A stretch of DNA of 64,000 nt from assembly GCA_963205105.1 (NCBI GenBank), contig CAUJJW010000274.1:2377-66376 (forward strand), written 5' to 3'. Every line of letters begins with the position of its first letter. The stretch's first letter is position 1. Below are positions 45,692 through 54,333 of the stretch, piece by piece. Both the position numbers and the translations under genes were made by a program. Source of the DNA: Verrucomicrobiota bacterium. GTDB lineage: Bacteria; Verrucomicrobiota; Verrucomicrobiia; Limisphaerales; CAIMTB01. The notes under the pieces are model-generated. The model was not told the origin of the DNA. It made no database searches and saw nothing but the letters and a program-made list of their open reading frames with translations.

Positions 45692-48691
45692 ATGACCTCC
45701 GCCGCATGCCTGCCGGGGGTGGTGTCTCCGGCCGCGGCCTGGATCCTGGGAGCAACCATGTTGGCCCAGACCGCACTGAAGGGCGAAGAACAACACGGCC
45801 TTCATCTGGTGCTGGACGCTGCCGTGCTGGTCCTGTGCGCCACGATTGCCTGGATGCTTTGGCAGCTGGGCCGCCGGGCTCGGCATCCGTTCTCCATGAC
45901 ACTGTCCGTGACCTTCGCGATGGCTTCCGTCCTGATGCTCTACCATCTCGTCGTCAACGCTCAGTGGCCGGACGGCCAACCCACGGGGGAGCAGACTCCG
46001 GGGCCGCAGGCATCCGGCACCTGGGCTTCCGCGATGCATGTTCTGCCGATCGGGCTGAGCGCTGCGGCCTGGTTCAACCGGACTCCCGCCCCACTCCCGC
46101 ACCCACGGCTACTGCTGTTCGGGCTGATGGCGCTGACGGCCGGTCTTCTGACGTTGTTCCGATGGTTGCCCACCTATTCCCCAGCCAATGTGTGGGGCAT
46201 CACACGGCCGGCTCTGGCCTTCGCACCCCTGCTGTGGGCCCTTTGCCTTGGCATGGCGTGGCGCCGGCGCACCGCCCACCCGCTCATGGGCGTGCTCGTC
46301 CTGATCTCCGCCCTCCACATCCCGGCGACCCTGGCCCTGCTCTTCTCCAGCGGACCCCATGATGCCCCGGCTGTTGAAAGCCACCTGCTGTCCGTGTCAG
46401 GCAGCGCCATCTTCCTCGTGCTGTTGATTTCGATGTCCACAGCCGCAGCCGGCGAAGGTCAGCTCGCCTGGATCACCCCCCATCGGCTCGGCCCGCCACC
46501 GGAAGCCTCGCCACCCGCCAACGTCGCAGAACGTCCCGTCGTGACGCCCCCAGTCGACCCGCAGCTGGCATCGACCCTTCGGGAGCTAAGTGAACTGAAG
46601 ACCGCCCTGGACGAGCACGCGATCGTGGCCATCACCGATCCAGCGGGGCGCATCACGTTCGTGAATGCCAGGTTCTGCGCCATCTCGAAGTACAGCGCCG
46701 AGGAACTGCTCGGGCAGGACCATCGCATCATCAATTCCGGACATCATTCCAAGGAGTTCTTCCGGGACCTCTGGACAACCATCCGCCGTGGCCGGGTCTG
46801 GCACGGCGAAGTCAAGAACCGGGCCAAGGACGGCACCCTGTACTGGGTCGACACCACCATCGTGCCGTTCCTGAACGACGAGGGACACCCCCGCCAGTTC
46901 GTGGCGATCCGGGCGGATATCACGGAACGCAAATGGGCCGAGGAAAAGGCCCAGGCCCAATTGGCACGCCTGGATCTGCTCCACCACATCACCCGCGCCA
47001 TCGGGGAACGCCAGGACCTTCAAAGCATCCTGCAAGTCGTCGTCCAAAGCGTGGAAACCAACCTGCCCGTCGACTTCAGCTGCATGTGCCTATACGACGA
47101 AGCCTTTAATAACCTGAAGGTGGCGAGGATCGGCGTCCGCAGCGAATCACTTGCCGAGCAGCTGGGACTCACCTCCAACGCCAGGCTGCCCATCGACGCC
47201 AACGGCCTCTCGCGGAGCGTCGGCGGGGTGCTCGTCCACGAACCAGACGTGGCGGAGGTGCCCGCGGCGTTCCCCTCCCGCCTCGCCCGGGCCGGCATGC
47301 GCTCCCTCGTGATCGCACCGATGCTGGTGGAGAGCCGGGTGTTCGGCGTCCTGATCGTCGCCCGCCGTCAGCCCAACGCGTTCGTCAGCGCAGAATGCGA
47401 ATTCCTCAGGCAACTGTGCGAACACGTGGCTCTTGCCTCGCATCAGTCCCTCCTGCACAGCGCGCTTCAGCAGGCCTACGAGGACCTCCGGCAAACCCAG
47501 CAGGCCGTCGTCCAGCAGGAACGCCTGCGCGCCCTCGGTCAAATGGCCAGCGGCATCGCCCATGACATCAACAACGCCATCACCCCGATCTCCTTGTATG
47601 CGGAGTTGCTGCTGGAAGCGGAACCCGACCTGAGTCGACGCGGGCGGGAACAGCTTCAAACCATCTGCCACGCGATCAACGACGTGGCCCAAACCGTCGC
47701 CCGGATGCGGGAGTTCTACCGGCAGCGCGAGCAGCAATTGCAGCTGGCATCGGTGGACTTGAACCGTCTGGTCCAGCAGGTGATCGATCTCTCCAGGGCC
47801 CGGTGGCACGACATGCCCTTGATGCGGGGCGTCGTGATCCACATGTCCGCCGAACTTCTTCCCCATCTTCCACCCATCCAGGGAGTCGAGAGCGAAATCC
47901 GCGAAGCCCTCATCAACCTCGTCTTCAACGCGGTCGACGCGATGCCCGAGGGAGGCGTGCTCACCCTGCGTACTGCGTTCGACGAGGAACCGGCTCAGTC
48001 CATCGATGGAAAACCTGCCCGTCACGTCTCCATTGAAGTGACCGATTCCGGGATCGGCATGGACGAGGAAACACGCCGTCACTGCCTGGAACCGTTCTTC
48101 ACCACCAAAGGCGAGCGAGGCACCGGCCTGGGACTCGCCATGGTCTACGGAGTCGCCAAACGTCACGGGGCCGACCTTGAAATCGCCAGTGCGGAGGGCG
48201 AAGGGACGACCATCCGCATCACGTTCGACATCTCCGGCCCTGGCTCCGGCCAGACAACGGTCGAGGGTTACCCTGTCGCCACCCCGGGACGCATGCGCAT
48301 CCTCGTGATCGATGACGATCCGCTCCTGATCAAGTCCCTGCGGGACACCCTCGAAAGCGACGGCCACAGCGTGCAGACCCGCAACGGAGGTCAGGCCGGC
48401 ATCGACGCCTTCCGCGAATCCTTGCGTCGCGACGAAGCGTACGCCGTCGTCATCACCGACCTGGGAATGCCCCACGTCGATGGCCGAAAGGTCGCCGCCG
48501 AAATCAAAGCCATGTCGGCGAACACCCCGGTGATCCTCCTCACCGGTTGGGGCCAGCGGCTGGTCGCGGAAGGTGATATCCCTGCCCACGTCGACCGTGT
48601 CCTGAACAAGCCGCCGAAGCTGATCGAACTGCGCAGCGCCCTCAGCAGTGTGACGCGCCCCACGACAGACACCGATCCAAAGCCGGCTTAG
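45692..48691 (+). CDS. Hybrid sensor histidine kinase (multi-TM MASE3-like sensor, PAS, GAF, HisKA, HATPase, REC)
   Basis: About 7 hydrophobic segments, PAS (AIVAITDPAGRITFVN...W.GE.KNRAKDG..YWV), GAF, H-box IAHDINN, NAVDAMP, FFTTKGERGTGLGL and a receiver domain (IDDD, VITDLGMP, K). Start may be slightly downstream. Confidence 0.93.
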   Translation: MTSAACLPGVVSPAAAWILGATMLAQTALKGEEQHGLHLVLDAAVLVLCATIAWMLWQLGRRARHPFSMTLSVTFAMASVLMLYHLVVNAQWPDGQPTGEQTPGPQASGTWASAMHVLPIGLSAAAWFNRTPAPLPHPRLLLFGLMALTAGLLTLFRWLPTYSPANVWGITRPALAFAPLLWALCLGMAWRRRTAHPLMGVLVLISALHIPATLALLFSSGPHDAPAVESHLLSVSGSAIFLVLLISMSTAAAGEGQLAWITPHRLGPPPEASPPANVAERPVVTPPVDPQLASTLRELSELKTALDEHAIVAITDPAGRITFVNARFCAISKYSAEELLGQDHRIINSGHHSKEFFRDLWTTIRRGRVWHGEVKNRAKDGTLYWVDTTIVPFLNDEGHPRQFVAIRADITERKWAEEKAQAQLARLDLLHHITRAIGERQDLQSILQVVVQSVETNLPVDFSCMCLYDEAFNNLKVARIGVRSESLAEQLGLTSNARLPIDANGLSRSVGGVLVHEPDVAEVPAAFPSRLARAGMRSLVIAPMLVESRVFGVLIVARRQPNAFVSAECEFLRQLCEHVALASHQSLLHSALQQAYEDLRQTQQAVVQQERLRALGQMASGIAHDINNAITPISLYAELLLEAEPDLSRRGREQLQTICHAINDVAQTVARMREFYRQREQQLQLASVDLNRLVQQVIDLSRARWHDMPLMRGVVIHMSAELLPHLPPIQGVESEIREALINLVFNAVDAMPEGGVLTLRTAFDEEPAQSIDGKPARHVSIEVTDSGIGMDEETRRHCLEPFFTTKGERGTGLGLAMVYGVAKRHGADLEIASAEGEGTTIRITFDISGPGSGQTTVEGYPVATPGRMRILVIDDDPLLIKSLRDTLESDGHSVQTRNGGQAGIDAFRESLRRDEAYAVVITDLGMPHVDGRKVAAEIKAMSANTPVILLTGWGQRLVAEGDIPAHVDRVLNKPPKLIELRSALSSVTRPTTDTDPKPA

Positions 48692-48890
48692 CCAACGATT
48701 CAGTTGCAATTGATGGAGTTCACGCCAAGACGCAAACGCCAAGGAAAGCCATAAAATCGAGGGATCGCGAACCTTCCAATCACCCACACCTTTTGGTTCG
48801 CAAATCCTTCTGGGCGCGAGCCTCTTTCGCAGACGGTCCCTCTTTGCGTCTCTGCGTCTTGGCGTGAGCTCCAACTGAATCGCTCCGCTA
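48689..48890. mobile_element. MITE-like / ERIC-like element, copy 2 (~202 bp)
   Basis: TAGCCAACGATTCAGTTG ... CAACTGAATCGCTCCGCTA ends, with inner CACGCCAAGACGC/GCGTCTTGGCGTGAG inverted repeats. Shares its core with 5291-5495. It fills the whole gap between two convergent stop codons. Confidence 0.72.
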
Positions 48891-49661
48891 CGCGTGCATG
48901 ACCTGGCCACCGTCGATGTTGATCGTCTGACCGGTGATGTTCCCGGCCCGGTCCGAGGCGAGAAACACCGCCATGGACGCGATTTCTTCCGGCTGCTGCC
49001 ATCGGCCCAGGGGCGAAACCTTGCGAATCTTGGCCTCCGCCCACGCGGCGTATTCCTGCCGCTCCGCCTCGGGAAGCCCCTTCTGACTGGCAGCCCAAAC
49101 CGATTGGTTCAGGTCCGTGCGTACCATCCCGGGAGAGAGCGCGTTCGCGCGCACACCATGCGGCGCAAGGTCTTTCGCCGCACACTGCATGAAGTTGATC
49201 AACCCAGCTTTGGCCGCGCTGTAGGGCGGATCCGTCTGCGACCCGGTCTGGCCCGCCACCGACACGATGAACAACAGCGATCCGCGACCGCGCGAGGCCA
49301 GCCGCGGGGCGAAGGCATGCGCCACGTTCACGGCGCCAATCAAATTGACCTCCAGCACCCGCGGCCAGTCGGCGGGATCCAGGTTCCAAAAAGGAAAGCC
49401 GAACTTTCCAGAGCCGGCTCCCACCGAGTACACGACGTGATTCACCGGACCGGAGTCCTCAGCGAACGCCTTCACCGCGGCGAGCGATGTCACGTCGCCG
49501 GTGGTCATCGAAACCCCCGAATGAAGAGGGCGCGGGCTCGGATCCCGATCAAAGCAGCGCACCCGGCAGCCTTCCGCCGAGAATGCTTCCGCGATCGCTC
49601 GCCCAATCCCTTTCGCCGCGCCGAAGACCGCAACGGCCTGACCTTCCAGCTGCAATTGCAT
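48888..49661 (-). CDS. Short-chain dehydrogenase/reductase (SDR)
   Basis: FGAAKGIG, YSAAK and NALSPG. Start taken at MQLQLEG. Confidence 0.9.
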   Translation of the reverse strand: MQLQLEGQAVAVFGAAKGIGRAIAEAFSAEGCRVRCFDRDPSPRPLHSGVSMTTGDVTSLAAVKAFAEDSGPVNHVVYSVGAGSGKFGFPFWNLDPADWPRVLEVNLIGAVNVAHAFAPRLASRGRGSLLFIVSVAGQTGSQTDPPYSAAKAGLINFMQCAAKDLAPHGVRANALSPGMVRTDLNQSVWAASQKGLPEAERQEYAAWAEAKIRKVSPLGRWQQPEEIASMAVFLASDRAGNITGQTINIDGGQVMHA

Positions 49662-49710
49662 CAACCACCATACCAACCCGGCCAAAGCCCAAAGAAAAGG
49701 CTGCTGACGG

Positions 49711-51345
49711 TCACTGCTGCACCAATTGAATCCGATTCCCGCAGGTGTCCTCGAACACGGCCAGCACCGTCGGCCCCATGCGAGTGGGTTTCATGCTGAA
49801 GACCACCCCCTTCTTCACCAGCGCATCATGGGCCTTCTGCACGTCGCCCACCGACAGCGACGTCAGCGGAATCCCCTGGCGGAACAGCGCCGTCTGATAA
49901 GCCTTGGAAGCCGGGTTTTCATTGGGCTCCAGCACGAGCTGCATTCCTTCGGGATCGTCTGGCGCAACCAGGGTCAGCCATCGGAAGGCTCCCACCGGGA
50001 AGTCGAACTTTTTCTGCAGCCCGAGCACTTCGGTGTAGAACTTCAGGGCTTTCTCCTGGTTGTCGACGAGGATGCTGTTGAGGTCGACGGAGAGCCCGTT
50101 CGGGTCGGTGGCTCCGGACCGCGCCGGCCGCTGATGGAGTTGAATCAGGTTGCCACAGGTGTCCTGAAAGACCGCCAGGGTGGTGTCCCCGGCTTCGGTC
50201 GGTGCCTGGGTGAACACAACTCCAAGGGCTTTCAATCGTTCATAATCCCGCCGCACATCGGTCGTCCCCAGCGAGTTGAGCGGAATCCCCTGTTGAAAGA
50301 TGGCTTGCTGGAAGGCTCTGGCGTCGGGATGGGCGTTCGGCTCGAGCAACAGCTCCAGGTCGCTCCGATCCTTCGCCGCCACGGTGAGCCAGCGAAACGG
50401 ACCCGCAGGCATGTCGCGCTTGCGCTCGAACCCCAGCACTTCGGTGTAGAACTTCAAGGCCTTCTCCTGGTCATCAACCAGAACACTGCTCATTCGGATG
50501 TTCATCGAAAAGGGTCTCCCGGGCGGGGCAACTGGCGTGTCGGACAGGCCCGATGACTTCGGAGGTCTCAGGGCGTAATCACCCACGGCAAGGGCCACCA
50601 GAGCCAGGATCGCCACAATCACCGACTTGGCGGGCAACGGCAGACTGGCGGCCAGCCCGGCTCCGACCTCCGAAACCGCGGCCGAAGCCGCGGCCGGCAG
50701 GGTTCCTTGAGCCACCGAACCTGCCAGCGTCGCCGACCATCCGACAGGCGCCGCAGTGACCGGCATTTTGGCCAGGCCAGCGGCCAGGAGTGCCACGCTG
50801 ATGGTCACCCCCTGGCGCAGGAGCATGGATCGCATCCGTTCCAGGGCGCGTTGGACCCGCTTTTTGGCGGCCTCCTCGGTGGTCCCCAAGGCGACTGCCA
50901 CGTCACGCAGGCTTTTCTGCTGCAGGAACCGCAGCACGATCGCATCGCGGTCCGATTCGCCCAGTTCCGCCAGTGCCCCATCCATGCGCGGTAGCACCTC
51001 ATCGCTCAAGGCGCCTTCGTTGTCGTCCGTGTGGTTTGCCATGGCAGCCTCCTCCTCCCAGTGGCGTCGACGTGCCTCGGCCCGGCGAAGATTCCGCGCG
51101 GCGAAATGAACGGCGCGATGCAGCCAACCCGCGATCAGCGTGGCCCGGGGCAGTTGACCTGCCTTGGAGGCCAGAGTGAGGAATGCGGATTGAACGGCCT
51201 CCTGCGCGGCATGCGGATCGCGGAGTTGCCGGAGCGCCGCCGAGTAAACCACGTCGATGTGACGTTCAACGAGTTCCCGGAAGGCCTCTTCAGAATGCCG
51301 GTTGGCGTAGGCCTCCAGCAGCTCGATGTCGCTCAGTCCTTTCAC
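49711..51345 (-). CDS. ECF sigma-70 factor fused via a hydrophobic segment to two tandem VOC/glyoxalase domains
   Basis: Region 2 (AFRELVERH...AQEAVQSAFL...GWL), region 4 (DRDAIVLRFLQQKSLRDVAVALGTTEEAAKKRVQRALERMR) and a TM-like VIVAILALVALAVG. Two copies of LVD.QEKALKFYTEVLG...DTCGN.IQL follow. Confidence 0.88.
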   Translation of the reverse strand: MKGLSDIELLEAYANRHSEEAFRELVERHIDVVYSAALRQLRDPHAAQEAVQSAFLTLASKAGQLPRATLIAGWLHRAVHFAARNLRRAEARRRHWEEEAAMANHTDDNEGALSDEVLPRMDGALAELGESDRDAIVLRFLQQKSLRDVAVALGTTEEAAKKRVQRALERMRSMLLRQGVTISVALLAAGLAKMPVTAAPVGWSATLAGSVAQGTLPAAASAAVSEVGAGLAASLPLPAKSVIVAILALVALAVGDYALRPPKSSGLSDTPVAPPGRPFSMNIRMSSVLVDDQEKALKFYTEVLGFERKRDMPAGPFRWLTVAAKDRSDLELLLEPNAHPDARAFQQAIFQQGIPLNSLGTTDVRRDYERLKALGVVFTQAPTEAGDTTLAVFQDTCGNLIQLHQRPARSGATDPNGLSVDLNSILVDNQEKALKFYTEVLGLQKKFDFPVGAFRWLTLVAPDDPEGMQLVLEPNENPASKAYQTALFRQGIPLTSLSVGDVQKAHDALVKKGVVFSMKPTRMGPTVLAVFEDTCGNRIQLVQQ

Positions 51346-51391
51346 GTTCTACCGGTTAATAGCCGGTCGATCGGGAAAGGGACACCGGAGT

Positions 51392-52576
51392 TCAGGGCTT
51401 GGGGAGAGCCTGATTGGCTGCTTTTTGGAACGCGCGCCGAACGTCGCTGGCGTCGCTGTTCGGGAAGTTCGCGCGCTGGACCATCAGGACATAGGCCACG
51501 CCCTTCACCGGGTCGATCCAGGCCTGGGTACCCCATGCCCCGCCGTGGCCGAAGGTCCCGGCCGAAAGCACTTCGGCCACGCCATCGTGCGGCACCTTGA
51601 GCACACAGGTGCCGATGCCCCAGCCGTAGTTGGCACCGCGTTTCCCAAAGGTTTCGTTCTGGAAGAAACCCGTCGGCAACGCACCGGTCTGCGACGTGTT
51701 CAGAAACTTCAAACTCTCCGCCCCCAGGTAGCGCCGTCCGTCCAGCGTGCCGCCATGGAGGAGCATCTGGCAAAAACGCGCATAGTCAGGGGCCGTCGAG
51801 TACAACCCGCCATTGCCCTGGGGGGGACGATCGCGCGGACCAAACTCAGGGCGGGGCGGTACCGCATCTAGCATGCCCGTGTCCTTGTTCTTCGCGTAGG
51901 CGGTGACCCACCGGGCCCGTTGCGCCTCGGTCGGATAGAACGTCGTGTCCTTCATGCCGAGCGGGTCAAACAGGCGCTGTTGCAGGAAGGCGTCAAAACT
52001 CATTCCCGACACCACTTCAACGATTCGCCCGGCGGCGTTGATGCCGCTCTGGCAGTACTGCCACTTCGAGCCGGGTTCGAACTGCATGGGCGTCGCCAGC
52101 CAGATCGGCACCAGGTCCGCCAGGGTCTTGGCGCTTTGAGCCTTCGGGCCGCCAGCCTCCCCCAACCCCGAGGTGTGCGTGAGGATCTGCGAAATGGTCA
52201 GATTCGCGGACTTGCCCGAAGGCGTCTTGAGACCGGCGAACTCCGGCAGGTACTTGGCGACGGGATCACTGACATGAAGTTTTCCCTCGTCCTGCAGCAT
52301 CAGGATGGCAACGCCGGTAACCGGCTTGGTCATCGACGCGATCCAAAACAGGGTGTCGGGTGTCATGGGCCGTTTCGCCGCGATGTCCGCCAAGCCATTG
52401 GCTTCCACATGCAGGACACGATCCTTGGCCACCACAACCGTGACCGCCCCGGACACTTCGTTCCGCGAAATCATGTCGTCCATGGCGGCACCGATGCCGG
52501 GGAGCTTTGGGCTCTGGGCGATGACGGACATGGAGACAGCCAGGGTCATTCCGGAGAGCAGGCGTTGAAGTTTCAT
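51392..52576 (-). CDS. Exported serine hydrolase, class C beta-lactamase/esterase family
   Basis: WIASMTK (SxxK), LTHTSGL, PGSKWQY, LFDPLGM.DT, GGLYST and FGHGGAWGT. Has a signal peptide. Confidence 0.88.
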   Translation of the reverse strand: MKLQRLLSGMTLAVSMSVIAQSPKLPGIGAAMDDMISRNEVSGAVTVVVAKDRVLHVEANGLADIAAKRPMTPDTLFWIASMTKPVTGVAILMLQDEGKLHVSDPVAKYLPEFAGLKTPSGKSANLTISQILTHTSGLGEAGGPKAQSAKTLADLVPIWLATPMQFEPGSKWQYCQSGINAAGRIVEVVSGMSFDAFLQQRLFDPLGMKDTTFYPTEAQRARWVTAYAKNKDTGMLDAVPPRPEFGPRDRPPQGNGGLYSTAPDYARFCQMLLHGGTLDGRRYLGAESLKFLNTSQTGALPTGFFQNETFGKRGANYGWGIGTCVLKVPHDGVAEVLSAGTFGHGGAWGTQAWIDPVKGVAYVLMVQRANFPNSDASDVRRAFQKAANQALPKP

Positions 52577-52724
52577 AGCGCGGGAACGGGGGTGAGAATC
52601 CTCCAACGGGACGGCCTGGAAAGGACAGAATCAGGGAGAGGTCGGATTAGGATGACGATGACGAAGGGATGTCCATGGGAAGCCCCCTGTTCAAGAATGA
52701 CCTGCTCACGGGCCATGAACCGGG

Positions 52725-52780
52725 GATTCCAGGGGGCGAGACGCCCCCTTCTACGGCAGGCGGGACGCCCGCCGCTACGG
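52725..52780. repeat. 56-bp REP-like palindromic element, copy 2
   Basis: GATTCCAGGGGGCGAGACGCCCCCTTCTACGGCAGGCGGGACGCCCGCCGCTACGG matches the reverse complement of 11644-11699 at 53/56 positions. It lies 10 bp past a stop codon. Confidence 0.8.
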
Positions 52781-52789
52781 AGGCGAGGT

Positions 52790-54322
52790 TTACGGAGTCC
52801 GTCGTTGCACCGCGGAATTGGTGGAGACAGGCAGCGGCGTCACGGAGGCCGGGGGCGCGTTGGTCGCGGCCCGCGGCGGGGGAGGCGGAAGACCGAGGGC
52901 GGTCCGCAACTGCGCGGCCAGCGTCTCGTCCAGGTAGCCCGCGTCGGGGTTCAACATCTGGTCCAGCACCCGTTGTCGAATCAGCGGCATCGGATCGAGA
53001 TCCACCCGGTCGACGCGGACCTTTTCGTTGCCGCGCATGGTGGTGAAAGCGGTGCCCTTGGTGTACGTCTCCCAGATCTTGATCGCTAGCCTTTGATAGC
53101 CTTCGGCCTGATCGTCCTCGCCGATGGCCTGGTAGAAGAGTGAACGCTGGACCAGGCCCTCCACCATGAGGGTGGTCTTGTTGCGGGAGGTTTCGCCGGC
53201 GTACTCGGTGACCCGGGCGAGCGCATAATCGTCGAGCGTCATCTCGGATGGCACCGCATTGGTGTACGTGACCTTGAGCTTGGCAAACCACTTCTGGGCG
53301 TCGGTGATCCTGTTGTGGGTGTAGAGCGCCCAGGAGACGTCACGGAGGAAGTTTTTGTGCCCGGTCTGGATGTTTTGACGCATCTCGACGTCGTCCCGGA
53401 TCTGGTCTTCGTAAGCCTGGTCGGCCTTCTCGACGAGCGCCACGTTCGGGCTGATCTCGAACCGTTTTGTTTCGGTGTCGGCGGAGGCGATCGACAACAG
53501 GCGCCCGCGGACGCAGGCGAGATGCAGGGACTGGTAAATCACTCGGCGCAACTGGATGAGTTGCTCCCTGGTCTTGGCGTTTTCGAGGCCCAGCATGGCC
53601 CAGTAAATCGCGTGGGTCTCGGGCAGGCGCCACTCCAGCGGACCGTACTTGCCGTCGACTTTCCGCATGAACGTCGGGTCGAGCTTGTAGTCCTCACGGA
53701 GCATCCGGGACTTGGCCTTTTGCTCGTCGGTCTTGGGCTGGATCAGGGCATCCCAGTCGGGTCGTCCGTCGCCGAGCAGGAACGACATTTCATAGGCCCA
53801 CTGGCGCTTGTAGATCCAGTGCGCGTCGTCGAGGTCCTGACCCATCTTGTGTTGGAAGTGCCAGGCGAGTTCCCGGTAGATGAGGATGTCGTGCGGGTTG
53901 TAACGCAGTCCTTCGTCCCGCAGGAGCTCGATGCCGCGCCGGACCCAGGGCCAGCGGGCCGCGAGGTCCGGGATCTGCACCGAGACGTTGTAGGACATGT
54001 TCCAGGCCAGATGCACCCAGGCCTGCGGTGCGGTGGGCTGGAGTTTGCTGATCCAATCGGCGAGTTGGACCATTTCGAAGTACTTCCCCTCCTGTTGAAG
54101 CTCGTCCATCCGGATCCAGAGGGCGTTGGCGATCAGTCCCCGGAACCCGCCCAAAGCGACCGTGGTGAAGGCAAGGACCGGCGGCGCATTCTCCAGCGGC
54201 GTGGCCCGGGTCAACCCGATCACTTCGCGGTCGCGGTTGAGCCGTTCCTGCATCCACGAGGAACCCAGCAAACCCAGGAGGATCAGCGCCACCAGGAACC
54301 CATGTAAAATGCGGCCGTGCAT
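52790..54322 (-). CDS. Membrane-anchored helical protein of unknown function (510 aa)
   Basis: N-terminal TM, with LGGFRGLIANALW and AWVHLAWNMSYNVS segments and a mostly helical, TPR-like character. ATG at 54322 lies 11 nt after the permease stop. It resembles a family I recall next to ABC permeases in PVC genomes (unverified). Confidence 0.75.
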   Translation of the reverse strand: MHGRILHGFLVALILLGLLGSSWMQERLNRDREVIGLTRATPLENAPPVLAFTTVALGGFRGLIANALWIRMDELQQEGKYFEMVQLADWISKLQPTAPQAWVHLAWNMSYNVSVQIPDLAARWPWVRRGIELLRDEGLRYNPHDILIYRELAWHFQHKMGQDLDDAHWIYKRQWAYEMSFLLGDGRPDWDALIQPKTDEQKAKSRMLREDYKLDPTFMRKVDGKYGPLEWRLPETHAIYWAMLGLENAKTREQLIQLRRVIYQSLHLACVRGRLLSIASADTETKRFEISPNVALVEKADQAYEDQIRDDVEMRQNIQTGHKNFLRDVSWALYTHNRITDAQKWFAKLKVTYTNAVPSEMTLDDYALARVTEYAGETSRNKTTLMVEGLVQRSLFYQAIGEDDQAEGYQRLAIKIWETYTKGTAFTTMRGNEKVRVDRVDLDPMPLIRQRVLDQMLNPDAGYLDETLAAQLRTALGLPPPPPRAATNAPPASVTPLPVSTNSAVQRRTP

Positions 54323-54333
54323 GGTGGGCGGGG

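Noticed and set aside
45434-46102. 222-aa minus-strand ORF upstream of the small basic gene
   Set aside because: It overlaps the kinase 5' end antisense and has no protein-like features.
51392-52576. True beta-lactamase resistance determinant
   Set aside because: The SxxK fold is shared by many esterases and peptidases. The YxN (here YCQ) and KTG (here HGG) positions do not match AmpC.
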